In this document: positions 1 through 7,802 of the stretch, piece by piece
Layout of the letters: every line of letters begins with the position of its first letter
Numbering within the stretch: the first letter of the stretch is position 1
NCBI GenBank assembly: GCA_964536865.1
Contig: CAZHYN010000001.1
Coordinates: forward strand, 120,001 to 152,000
Direction of reading: 5' to 3'
DNA: 32,000 nucleotides
DNA from: an uncultured Planctomycetia bacterium
Lineage (GTDB): Bacteria; Omnitrophota; Gorgyraeia; Duberdicusellales; 4484-171
Notes under the pieces: model-generated
Databases searched by the model: none
The model's input: the letters and a program-made list of their open reading frames with translations, nothing else
What the model was told of the DNA's origin: nothing
Made by a program: the position numbers and the translations under genes

Positions 1-567
1 AGTGTAGCTCTTTCAGAGATTCTCGATAAGAAGATAATTCTTGATGTTCCTTCCGCAGAAATTATCTCTGCCCAGAGAGTTCCTCAAAGTATGACCCTAG
101 AAAAGTTAGGGATAGCTGTTTTCTTTCAGCTTCTAGTAGGGCTCCAAGGGAAAGTAATATTTATCCTTGATGAGAAGAATGCTTTTAGGTTGATTGACTT
201 ATCTTATAAGATAAGAGACTTAAAGAGAGAACCAGGAATTATTACTGAAGTCAGCCTCTCCCTAATAAAGGAGATAGGCAATATTGTGGTTTGTGCTTAT
301 TTAAATGCTTTAAGTTTAACTCTGAAAAGAATAATTGTTCCCCCCCTCCCCACTCTTCTTAGTGGTTCTTTAGAAGATATCTTACAGATTGTCTTTTCAG
401 GATATGAGGAGGATTATGCTTACATTATAGAAACGTCTTTTAAAGAACCTCAAGAGAGTATTCAAGGCTTCTTTTATCTTATTTTAACCCCCGAAGCAGC
501 GAAAGATATTAGAGAAAGTTGTAAGAAACTCTTGGAAGAAATAAGAAGAGGGCAACCATCCTTTTAA
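1..567 (+). CDS. cheC: CheC-like chemotaxis protein, 5' end cut by window edge
   Basis: Frame 1 is open from base 1 (SVALSEILDKKIILDVPSAEIISAQRV...) and runs into the listed 91..567 ORF. Two CheC-type half repeats are visible (ALSEIL..K.I.L.VP and EIGNIVVCAYLNALSLTL). Stop TAA at 565-567. Confidence 0.7.
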   Translation, partial: SVALSEILDKKIILDVPSAEIISAQRVPQSMTLEKLGIAVFFQLLVGLQGKVIFILDEKNAFRLIDLSYKIRDLKREPGIITEVSLSLIKEIGNIVVCAYLNALSLTLKRIIVPPLPTLLSGSLEDILQIVFSGYEEDYAYIIETSFKEPQESIQGFFYLILTPEAAKDIRESCKKLLEEIRRGQPSF

Positions 568-659
568 AATTCTCCTTTTTAGAAAATTGGTTTTAGGGTT
601 TATATTTTTTCTTGAGAATAACTTTAGGGAGTGATAAAATTCTCTCAAGTTTTATTAGT

Positions 660-734
660 TGCCCGGTGGTGCAACCGGTAACACGCTTGGCTCTGGACCA
701 AGTATTCCTGGTTCGAATCCAGGCCGGGCAGCCA
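660..734 (+). tRNA. tRNA-Gln (anticodon CTG)
   Basis: 75-nt cloverleaf. Acceptor TGCCCGG/CCGGGCA; anticodon stem CTTGG/CCAAG with loop CTCTGGA (anticodon CTG); T arm CTGGTTCGAATCCAG; discriminator G and encoded CCA. The U1-A72 pair is typical of bacterial tRNA-Gln. Confidence 0.9.
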
Positions 735-736
735 CT

Positions 737-768
737 AAAAATATCCCTCTTCTGAGGGATATTTTTAT
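737..768 (+). terminator. intrinsic terminator after tRNA-Gln
   Basis: AAAAATATCCCTC-TTCT-GAGGGATATTTTT hairpin followed by T-rich tail. Confidence 0.6.
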
Positions 769-807
769 TGAGTTGTCTGTGACTGATTTGAACTGTTTAT
801 TTGCGCG

Positions 808-1017
808 ATGTGGTATTTGTATATATGTAAAAAAGGTGACAAGCTATACACTGGGATAACAACCAATCTCAATAATCGACTACGTCAACATCAGCAGGCT
901 GAGTTGTTATATAGAGAGACTTTTCCAAATAAAAAAGAAGCGGCCTTACGTGAGCGCCAGATAAAAGGATGGCGCAGAGAAAAGAAGATTTCTTTAGTCT
1001 ATCGCGGAAATAAATAG
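808..1017 (+). CDS. small GIY-YIG nuclease family protein (UPF0213-like)
   Basis: WYLYICKKGDKLYTGITTNLNNRLRQH matches the GIY-(x10)-YIG/T..L..R..H module. The C-terminal REKQIKGW-R-KK motif (RERQIKGWRREKK) is typical of this stand-alone family. Confidence 0.85.
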   Translation: MWYLYICKKGDKLYTGITTNLNNRLRQHQQAELLYRETFPNKKEAALRERQIKGWRREKKISLVYRGNK

Positions 1018-1044
1018 TGAGTTTACCCTGAGCGAAGTCGAAGG

Positions 1045-1064
1045 GAATCCAGGCCGGGCAGCCA
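1045..1064 (+). repeat. exact 20-bp duplicate of the tRNA-Gln 3' end (att-like)
   Basis: GAATCCAGGCCGGGCAGCCA at 1045-1064 is identical to tRNA positions 715-734. It is followed by the hairpin CCAATTTTGC-AGG-GCAAAATTGG (1062-1084). Confidence 0.85.
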
Positions 1065-1178
1065 ATTTTGCAGGGCAAAATTGGCAGAGCAATTGAGCAA
1101 TAGAGAATAGAACAATAGAGTTGATGCTCAATTGCGGTCTATTGGTCAATTGTTCTATTGTTCAAATAAGGTTTCTTT

Positions 1179-1439
1179 ATGGCATTTCTTTTCAATAAGC
1201 TTGAGGTGTACCAGAAAGCAGTTAATTTAACCGATAGAATAACCTTTTTAACCGAGAAATTCCCCAGAGGAACATATTACCTGTCTGAGCAATTAAACCG
1301 GGCGGCTTTGTCGATTTCGTTGAATATTGTCGAAGGCAACGGAAGGTTTCACCGTAAAGACCAGCAGAATTTTTTTAGAATAGCCCGCGGTTCTGCCTTT
1401 GAATGCTTCCCTATAGTAGAGCGAAAAAAGGGTGTGTAG
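1179..1439 (+). CDS. four-helix-bundle protein (23S rRNA IVS-protein family), C-terminally short
   Basis: L.VYQKA..L...I..LT.KFP......L..QL.RAA.SI..NI.EG..R....D...F..IA.GS..E pattern. 86 aa is shorter than I remember for the family. Preceded by an imperfect palindrome (GCAATTGAGCA 1089-1099 / TGCTCAATTGC 1125-1135, plus AACAATAG/CTATTGTT arms). Confidence 0.7.
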   Translation: MAFLFNKLEVYQKAVNLTDRITFLTEKFPRGTYYLSEQLNRAALSISLNIVEGNGRFHRKDQQNFFRIARGSAFECFPIVERKKGV

Positions 1440-1533
1440 TTAAAGATGTAAGCTGGTTTATTTTTTGGGAAAGAGAATTGGAAAGTAATAACTTCAATTT
1501 TCATACACTTCTGAAATATTTCATTACATATAC

Positions 1534-1562
1534 TTGACAGGTTATCTTACCTATGTTATATT
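1534..1562 (+). promoter_or_regulatory. sigma70-like promoter of the TA pair
   Basis: TTGACA (1534-1539), 17-nt spacer, TATATT (1557-1562). AAGGAGG RBS precedes the ATG at 1582. Confidence 0.5.
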
Positions 1563-1581
1563 CTAAGAAGGAGGTGAGAAT

Positions 1582-2403
1582 ATGCGTGAAAGAATGAAAG
1601 AATTTTATAGAAAAATCGGGGATAGAATAAGACAATTGCGGGAAAAAATAGGGATTTCTCAGGAAGAACTAGCTAAATCTTTAGGCATAAATAGAGTTTC
1701 TTTATCTCAAATAGAAAATGGAGAAAGAAAAATAACAGCTGAAGAGGTTGCAAAGATTTCCAATATATTTAATATCAATGCCGATATACTATTAGATTTG
1801 GAAGAAGATATGAAGGTAGTGGTGGAAAAAAGAAAAACAAAAACTTCTTCTAAAAATATTAAATCAAACATTAGAATAAATATTCCTCAGAAGAATCTTG
1901 AGAAATTTAAAGAAGTTTTGCTTTATATTTTAAATAAAGTGGGGTCAAAGCCTAATATTGGAGAAACAGTATTGTATAAGCTTCTTTATTTTATAGATTT
2001 TGATTTCTACGAGAAATATGAAGAGCAATTGATAGGAGCCACATATATAAAGAATCATTTTGGTCCTACCCCCATAGAGTTTAGAGAAGTTATTAAAGAG
2101 ATGAAGGGTAAAGATTTGATAGAAGTAAAAAGCGAATACTTTAAGTATCCCCAAAGAAAATACCTTCCTTTAAGAGAGCCGGATTTGAGTAAATTAAAAG
2201 CACATGAAATAAAACTTATAGATGAGGTTTTAGAAAGATTATCTGATATGAATGCACAGCAAATAAGTGAGTATTCTCATAATGATATTCCTTGGTTGAC
2301 TACAGAAAGAGGAGAACGTATAGACTATGAATCAGTTTTTTATCGTACTTTACCCTATTCAGTGAGGAGCTATAGTGAAGATACCGACGAAGAGAATATT
2401 TAA
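1582..2403 (+). CDS. XRE-family HTH fused to Panacea/SocA-like (DUF4065) antitoxin domain
   Basis: N-terminal ISQEELAKSLGINRVSLSQIENGERKITAEEV (HTH_3). C-terminal TVLYKLLYFIDFDFYEKYEEQLIGATYIKNHFGPTP resembles the DUF4065 core. Confidence 0.7.
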   Translation: MRERMKEFYRKIGDRIRQLREKIGISQEELAKSLGINRVSLSQIENGERKITAEEVAKISNIFNINADILLDLEEDMKVVVEKRKTKTSSKNIKSNIRINIPQKNLEKFKEVLLYILNKVGSKPNIGETVLYKLLYFIDFDFYEKYEEQLIGATYIKNHFGPTPIEFREVIKEMKGKDLIEVKSEYFKYPQRKYLPLREPDLSKLKAHEIKLIDEVLERLSDMNAQQISEYSHNDIPWLTTERGERIDYESVFYRTLPYSVRSYSEDTDEENI

Positions 2404-2812
2404 TGAAATCGTTGAGCTTCCCGAATTTAAAAAAGATTTTAAAAAACTTGCCAAAAAATTTAAAACCCTTCCAGATGATTTTGAGATATTTAAAAATACT
2501 CAACTAAAAGCATTTCATAAGTTAAAACAGGACAATAGAGGAAATTTACCAATATCTAACTTAGGAATAGATTATCCTTTAATCTATAAAGTTGTAAAAT
2601 TTGCTTGCCGTGTTCTAAAGGGGAGAGGTGTTAAAAGTGGAATTCGTATTATTTATGCATATTATCCCGATGAGGACAAAATAGAATTTATTGAGATTTA
2701 TTATAAGGGAGAGAAAGAAAATGAAGATAGAGAAAGAATATTAAGATATTATTCCAAGAAAGCAGGTAGCAAAGAAGGTAAAGAAGGAAAATACAGTAAA
2801 GGTCGCTCGTAG
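2375..2812 (+). CDS. RelE/ParE-superfamily-like toxin
   Basis: Overlaps the upstream gene by 29 nt. GTG start 5 nt after GAGGAG; no in-frame ATG in the N-terminal part. SGIRIIYAYYPDEDKIEFIEIYYKGEKEN resembles the RelE-type beta-sheet core. Confidence 0.55.
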   Translation: MKIPTKRIFNEIVELPEFKKDFKKLAKKFKTLPDDFEIFKNTQLKAFHKLKQDNRGNLPISNLGIDYPLIYKVVKFACRVLKGRGVKSGIRIIYAYYPDEDKIEFIEIYYKGEKENEDRERILRYYSKKAGSKEGKEGKYSKGRS

Positions 2813-2981
2813 TGCAATTACATAAGGTTTGTGATTAAAAGATACACTCTAAACACCCTAAAACTACAGTAGTGGAGACTATTAGAAGAAAAAAGAAATA
2901 ATAAGCACAGCCAAAACCTCCCCCACCTACCAATGTTTTTTAAAAATCCTAACTCAGATGAACTCAGATGACCAAATCCAT

Positions 2982-3010
2982 CCACCATAAGTGGATCTGC
3001 CTCTGGCAGA
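2982..3010 (+). repeat. two-hairpin junction element, copy E1
   Basis: CCAC-CATAA-GTGG, then ATC, then TCTGCC-TCT-GGCAGA. The second stem carries paired C>T / G>A changes relative to the other copies. Confidence 0.6.
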
Positions 3011-3107
3011 AAAATCAGGAATATTTTACACTAGTGAATCTTTTTATTGTAACGTATGTGGGTATAGGGAAGTGTGTAAGGGATGGCGAGAAACAAGCTA
3101 TTTGTGA
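2990..3107 (+). pseudogene. C-terminal remnant of a Cas4/RecB-like PD-(D/E)XK nuclease gene
   Basis: Reads ...GIFYTSESFYCNVCGYREVCKGW...; the C-x2-C-x5-C tail is typical of Cas4-like nucleases. No N-terminal part. Paralogous to 11232-11375. Confidence 0.45.
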
Positions 3108-3119
3108 CTAAAAATTTTC

Positions 3120-3148
3120 TTGAACAGGGCGTTTCTAAGGTATAGAAT
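3120..3148 (+). promoter_or_regulatory. candidate promoter upstream of the SIMPL gene leader
   Basis: TTGAAC (3120-3125), 17-nt spacer, TAGAAT (3143-3148). Confidence 0.35.
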
Positions 3149-3210
3149 AGAAACAAAATCAAGGAATAGTCCTGCGTTCGAAGGGGGAACCTGGACTTTA
3201 AAATAAGTAA

Positions 3211-3240
3211 AACCTTCGCAAGATAGGCGAAGGTTTTTAT
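3211..3240 (+). terminator. intrinsic terminator-like hairpin in the SIMPL gene leader
   Basis: AACCTTCGC-AAGATAG-GCGAAGGTT followed by TTTAT ATTTT. Lies about 30 nt upstream of the RBS/ATG at 3274. Confidence 0.6.
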
Positions 3241-3273
3241 ATTTTATAACCGTTCAAAACAAGGAGGTAACAG

Positions 3274-4026
3274 ATGAGGGGGCTGGGTGAGCTTAAAAAT
3301 ATCCAGATTATCATATTGGGGCTGTGTATTGCTTTTGCAACAATAGTATCTACAGTAATACTTTCAAAAGGGCTTCTTAAGATTAAGAAGTTTACAGGTG
3401 AGGTAATAAAGGTAACCGGTTCTGCTGAGAAGAAAATAATTTCTGATTATATTGTCTGGAATGCAGAATTTTCCCGAAGGGCACCTGATTTAAAAACAGC
3501 CTACGTAAAACTTCAAGAAGACCTTAAAAAAGTTAAAGAATATCTGGCTTCAAAAGGAGTAAAAGAAAATGAGCTGGAAATCCTTCCGGTTAATACCAAG
3601 ATACTTTACAAAAAGAACGAAAAAGGCTATGACACCAATGAGATTGAAGGATATCTTTTATCCCAGGGCATAGAGATAAAATCCTATGATGTCAAAAAAA
3701 TTGATGAGGTATCGCGTTCCTCAACCGAACTTATCAACCAGGATATCCAGTTTATCTCAAAAGCACCTAAGTATTTTTATACAAAGCTTGCCGAACTCAA
3801 AGTAGAGATGCTTGCTAAAGCAACTGAAAACGCAAAACAGCGCGCCATAAGTATGGCAAAATCAACGGGGAATAAGATTGGCGTTATACGCTCTGCCAGG
3901 ATGGGAGTATTTCAGATAACTCCACCTACCTCAACCGATGTTTCCTGGTATGGAGAGAATGACACATCCTCATTAGAGAAAAAAGTTATGGCAGTAGTCG
4001 CCGCCACCTTTTCCATAGAAGAATAG
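3274..4026 (+). CDS. SIMPL-domain (DUF541-like) membrane-anchored protein
   Basis: N-terminal TM helix, then I.V.GSAEK..ISDY and a C-terminal AKQRAISMAKSTGNKIGVIRSARMGVFQI pattern as in SIMPL/BP26-type proteins. AAGGAGG RBS. Confidence 0.6.
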   Translation: MRGLGELKNIQIIILGLCIAFATIVSTVILSKGLLKIKKFTGEVIKVTGSAEKKIISDYIVWNAEFSRRAPDLKTAYVKLQEDLKKVKEYLASKGVKENELEILPVNTKILYKKNEKGYDTNEIEGYLLSQGIEIKSYDVKKIDEVSRSSTELINQDIQFISKAPKYFYTKLAELKVEMLAKATENAKQRAISMAKSTGNKIGVIRSARMGVFQITPPTSTDVSWYGENDTSSLEKKVMAVVAATFSIEE

Positions 4027-4127
4027 AATATTAATTTGTTTCTGGTATATTCTTAAAATCCTGGCTTCAGGGTATTTTAATTGAGGATAGAGGGGAACAA
4101 TGTTATAATATGTAACAACGCGGCATA

Positions 4128-4306
4128 ATGATGAAAAAAATAGCATTTGTAAATCCCCACACTGTCCAGGAAATAGCCCAAGCCCTCAAATTACATCCTT
4201 ACACCATTCGCAGACTTTGCCGGGAAGGTAAAATCCCAGCTTTTTCCGCCATACTTTATGACGGATCCGCCTCTGGCGAAAAGTTTGGCGGGAGAATGGA
4301 GATTTA
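4128..4306 (+). pseudogene. excisionase/MerR-type HTH gene, disrupted
   Basis: HTVQEIAQALKLHPYTIRRLCREGKIPAF is followed by element E2. The expected G-x-WRF motif (AGEWRFREK) is present but lies in another frame downstream. Confidence 0.5.
4246..4279 (+). repeat. two-hairpin junction element, copy E2
   Basis: CCGCCATA-CTT-TATGACGG, then ATCCGCC-TCT-GGCGA. Confidence 0.6.
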
Positions 4307-4411
4307 GAGAAAAGTGTTAAGAGAACAATTTACAAAGTGTTAAATATATGGTAATATCTATTGTTGTAATGCCATTGTAAATAAAGGATATTTTAAGATA
4401 AGTGTTAAATC

Positions 4412-5584
4412 TTGAAAATTATGGGTGTAAATTTTAAACATATCGATTTAAGATTGGTTGACCCACCTTTTGGCTCAGAATTAAATACTCTGGTGTTAGA
4501 ACTTGATTATTTACGCAAGAAGCCTCTGGGCGGCACTACTCACCCACTTATATTTTTTCAATTGAAAAGAATTTTTCATCTTTTAGAGAGTATAGAGTCG
4601 GCAAGAATTGAAGGGAATCGTACTACCTTAGCTGAGTATATCGAAAGGAAAATCGAGGGAAGCAAAATAGAAGATGAGAGATTTCTGGAAATTGAGAACA
4701 ACGAAAGAGCGCTTGATTTTATTGAGGAAAATGTCAATCATCAGAAAATAGACCGTCTTTTTTTAAGCCAGATTCATAAAATAATAGTCAATAACTTAAC
4801 TCCACCACCTAAAGGCGAAGGAAGTAAATACCCCAGTAGTTATAGAAAAGTAGATGTTAAAATAACACAATCTTCGTTTATCCCGCCCAATGTTTCTCAA
4901 GTCCCTTCTTATATGGAGGAGCTTTTTTCATTTATTAATAAAGATTATCCTCCACAGTATGATTTATTGAAAGTTGCTCTTGCTCACTGGAGGTTTGCCT
5001 GGATTCACCCCTTTGATAATGGCAATGGAAGGGTAGTGCGTTTATTGACTTATGCAATGTTAATAAAGTACGGTTTCAGGGTGCATATCGGAGGCAGGAT
5101 TATTAATCCCACTGCTGTGTTCTGTTCTGACCGGAAAAAATATTATCATTACCTCTCAATGGCTGACCAAGGAGATGATACTGGATTGCTTAGGTGGTGT
5201 GAGTATGTTCTTGCCGGCCTTAAAGAGGAGATAACAAAAATTGATAAGTTGCTTGACTATAAATTTTTATTGGAAAAAATTTTAATACCCGCCTTAGAAT
5301 TTGCCTTAGACAGAAAGTATATTACAGAAGTAGAGCATAAAATATTAAAGATAGCAGCGAGTAAGCAAGTTATCCAGGCAAAAGATATTAAAATGCTTTT
5401 CCCTCGCAAGATACCTGCTGCCATATCCAGGATTATCAGAAGGCTAAAGGCGAAAAAGATGCTCCAGGAAGAAAAAAGAGGCAGTAGAAAATATGTAATT
5501 ATGTTTGAAAACAATTATTTATTGAGGGCAATTATAGAGATGCTGGGCAGGGAAGGTTTTCTGCCTGTTGGAATAAATCAATAG
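4412..5584 (+). CDS. Fic family protein (AMPylase-type) with C-terminal wHTH-like region
   Basis: Canonical Fic motif HPFDNGNGRVVRLL. The listed start is TTG 4412; ATG at 4421 is an alternative. Confidence 0.85.
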   Translation: MKIMGVNFKHIDLRLVDPPFGSELNTLVLELDYLRKKPLGGTTHPLIFFQLKRIFHLLESIESARIEGNRTTLAEYIERKIEGSKIEDERFLEIENNERALDFIEENVNHQKIDRLFLSQIHKIIVNNLTPPPKGEGSKYPSSYRKVDVKITQSSFIPPNVSQVPSYMEELFSFINKDYPPQYDLLKVALAHWRFAWIHPFDNGNGRVVRLLTYAMLIKYGFRVHIGGRIINPTAVFCSDRKKYYHYLSMADQGDDTGLLRWCEYVLAGLKEEITKIDKLLDYKFLLEKILIPALEFALDRKYITEVEHKILKIAASKQVIQAKDIKMLFPRKIPAAISRIIRRLKAKKMLQEEKRGSRKYVIMFENNYLLRAIIEMLGREGFLPVGINQ

Positions 5585-5664
5585 CTTTTACAATAAAGAA
5601 TATTTATATTTTATAAATTGCACTGAATTTAGCGATTCCGGTTTGATGTTAAGGAGATAGAAGA

Positions 5665-6102
5665 GTGGAAAAGAAATCAGAGAAAAAAGTGAAAAATGAA
5701 ATTGATCAAGTTTATTTAAAAAGAGATAGGTTCTTTTTACTTAAAAACCCTACCGTTAAAAAACTGCATAAGATTCTTAAGTGGGCTAATTCTTGTGCTT
5801 TATTTTCTCAAGTTACTTTTCTTGACTGCGCTCAAAGTTTCAGGAGATTGCATTCTGATAAAAAAATAGAAGATTTACTCCCTTTTATTAATCAGAAGAA
5901 TAAAACCTGTTTTAGGGTAATTTTGCGAAGAGATTTCAACTGGTATGGCTGGTTTTCTGATGATACTCATATTGAAGATATTATTGAAGTTGCTATGTGG
6001 GGAATTGAAATTGATTCAAAAGAGTATTTTATACAATGTTTCTTAAAGAAAGAATATATGCCTGAATTAAAAAAGAAATTTGATTTGGTAGAAATTAAAT
6101 GA
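5665..6102 (+). CDS. hypothetical protein
   Basis: 145-aa ORF with GTG start and no motif I recognise. Its 5' flank (5636-5698) is homologous to 10381-10430 and encodes an excisionase C-terminal remnant in another frame (FRFDVKEIEEWKRNQRKK*). Confidence 0.4.
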   Translation: MEKKSEKKVKNEIDQVYLKRDRFFLLKNPTVKKLHKILKWANSCALFSQVTFLDCAQSFRRLHSDKKIEDLLPFINQKNKTCFRVILRRDFNWYGWFSDDTHIEDIIEVAMWGIEIDSKEYFIQCFLKKEYMPELKKKFDLVEIK

Positions 6103-6205
6103 TGTTAACAAAACTAATAAATTTTAAAAAGGAAAAGTGCTTTGGGAAATTGTTTTTACAACTGATTGATAATAAAATACTTGCTGAAATAAAAAGGAGG
6201 AAATA

Positions 6206-7663
6206 ATTACCAGATATAAAATTTTTGTAAGTTCTGTCCAGAAAGAATTAGAAAAAGAAAGAGCTGCTATTGATAATTTTATTAACTCTGATGTTTTCCT
6301 TTCAGAATATTTCAATGCCTTCATATTTGAAAAATTACCTGCCAAGGAGAAATCAGCTAAAAAAGTTTATCTCAATAAACTTAAAAATAGTGATATTTAC
6401 ATAGGCATTATTGGAAAAGAATATGGAGAAATTCAAGAAAATGGATTATCTGCGTTTGAGAACGAATTTCGTCTTGCTCAACAGTTAGGCTTACCTATTT
6501 TTGTCTATATTAAAGGGAAAGCTTCTCAAGACAAAAGGCGAGATAAGAGATTGCAGAAGATAATTAAAGAGATTAAACATCCTGGGGAAGGTTACATTTA
6601 CAGACGTTTCACCAGCATTGAGGAGCTTAAACGTTTGATACAATCCAGTCTAATAGAATTCTTAAGAGAAAGAGGAATTATTAGCAAAAAGATAGAAGCT
6701 TTTGAGGAGGAAGTTTGTAAAGAAGCAACTTTAAAAGACATAGATGAAGATAGAGTTGAATGGTTTTTACAGATTGCAAAAGAAAAGAGGGGTTTTTCTA
6801 TTCCTGTAAGTCAAAGGTCATCTTTAAAAGATATTTTAATTCATCTTAATTTAATAAAAGAAAACAAACTTACAAATGCTGCCGTTTTGCTTTTTGGTAA
6901 AGACCCTTCTAAATTTTTCCATCAAGCAGAAATAAAATGTTTACATCTTCCCGGGGTAGAAATTTGCAAACCGTTTTTATCCTATAAAATCTACAACCAG
7001 AATTTATTTGAACAGATAGATAAAGCTATAAGTTTTGTATTAGATGCTATCAGACAAAGCGTTATTCAGCAAGAACATACTCCTCAATTTTACCGTCCTT
7101 TTGAAATTCCTGTATTTGCCATTCAAGAAGCGATAGTTAACGCTGTTGCCCACCGAAATTATAATAACACTGCAGGGGTTCAGGTGTTGGTTTTTGTAGA
7201 TAGAGTAGAGGTGTGGAGCCCAGGAAGACTTCCTCCAGCTTTAACTGTAGAGGATTTAAAGAAACCGCATACTTCATATCCCACAAATCCTCTTATTGCA
7301 CGAATTTTATTTCTTGCTAACTACATCCAGAAAGCAGGAACAGGAACATTAGAGATGGTAAAACAATGTAGAGAACATGGAATTCCTGAACCGCAATTTG
7401 TTACTATACGTGATGTAGAATTCAGAACCATTCTGCCCCGAGATATTTACACAATATCTTTCTTAAAACAAGCGGGATTAAATGAAAGACAAATACAGGC
7501 AGTAAAGATTGTTAAAGAAAAAGGAGCTATTAGTCTTTCTGATTTGCAAAATATCTATAAGAATATTACTCGCAAAACCTTATATCGTGATTTACAAACT
7601 CTTGTAAATAAAGGTATTCTTAAAGCAAGAGGAGACAAAAGGGGGCGTAAATACTCTTTTTAG
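6206..7663 (+). CDS. DUF4062-like N-domain + RecG-C-like ATPase-fold domain + wHTH protein
   Basis: The frame of the listed ORF 6551..7663 is open back to 6188. The extension reads KIFVSSVQKELEKERAAI...SDIYIGIIGKEYGE (DUF4062 pattern). AGGAGG at 6195-6200. There is no ATG/GTG/TTG before 6551, so ATT 6206 or ATA 6203 is the putative start. The C-terminal part has AIQEAIVNAVAHRNY...AGTG and a wHTH. Confidence 0.6.
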   Translation: MTRYKIFVSSVQKELEKERAAIDNFINSDVFLSEYFNAFIFEKLPAKEKSAKKVYLNKLKNSDIYIGIIGKEYGEIQENGLSAFENEFRLAQQLGLPIFVYIKGKASQDKRRDKRLQKIIKEIKHPGEGYIYRRFTSIEELKRLIQSSLIEFLRERGIISKKIEAFEEEVCKEATLKDIDEDRVEWFLQIAKEKRGFSIPVSQRSSLKDILIHLNLIKENKLTNAAVLLFGKDPSKFFHQAEIKCLHLPGVEICKPFLSYKIYNQNLFEQIDKAISFVLDAIRQSVIQQEHTPQFYRPFEIPVFAIQEAIVNAVAHRNYNNTAGVQVLVFVDRVEVWSPGRLPPALTVEDLKKPHTSYPTNPLIARILFLANYIQKAGTGTLEMVKQCREHGIPEPQFVTIRDVEFRTILPRDIYTISFLKQAGLNERQIQAVKIVKEKGAISLSDLQNIYKNITRKTLYRDLQTLVNKGILKARGDKRGRKYSF

Positions 7664-7668
7664 AATTT

Positions 7669-7703
7669 GGGACATTTATGGGACATTTGGGACATTTATG
7701 GGA
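7669..7703 (+). repeat. GGGACATTT direct repeats
   Basis: GGGACATTT at 7669, 7680 and 7689, plus a partial GGGA at 7700. Lies immediately after the stop at 7661-7663 and upstream of radC copy 1. Confidence 0.7.
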
Positions 7704-7724
7704 TAGATATAAGACATATTTTCC

Positions 7725-7760
7725 CCGCTATACTTTGGGGCAGATTTTCTCTATCGGAAA
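7725..7760 (+). repeat. two-hairpin junction element, degenerate copy E3
   Basis: CCGCTATACTTTGGGGCAGATTTTCTCTATCGGAAAATTT aligns by eye with CCGCCATACTTTATGGCGGATCCGCCTCTGGCGAAAAATTT (E4), but the stems are eroded. Confidence 0.35.
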
Positions 7761-7802
7761 ATTTAGTGAACAATGGAAGCTTGAGGGAAGGAAGATAGGA
7801 AA

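Noticed and set aside
659-859. 66-aa plus-strand ORF
   Set aside because: It is translated straight through tRNA-Gln and its terminator, so it is an ORF-finder artefact.
869-1078. 69-aa minus-strand ORF
   Set aside because: It is antisense to the well-supported GIY-YIG gene and to the tRNA-end duplicate. It has no RBS and no recognisable motif.
3165-3200. tRNA-like T-arm sequence (GCGTTCGAAGGGGGAACC), possibly a tRNA fragment or second att site
   Set aside because: Only a TTCGAA-type match with no acceptor or anticodon arms. It does not contain the 20-mer duplicated at 1045-1064.
6124-6345. 73-aa minus-strand ORF
   Set aside because: It is an antisense shadow of the DUF4062-like coding extension on the plus strand, which has a clear domain signature.
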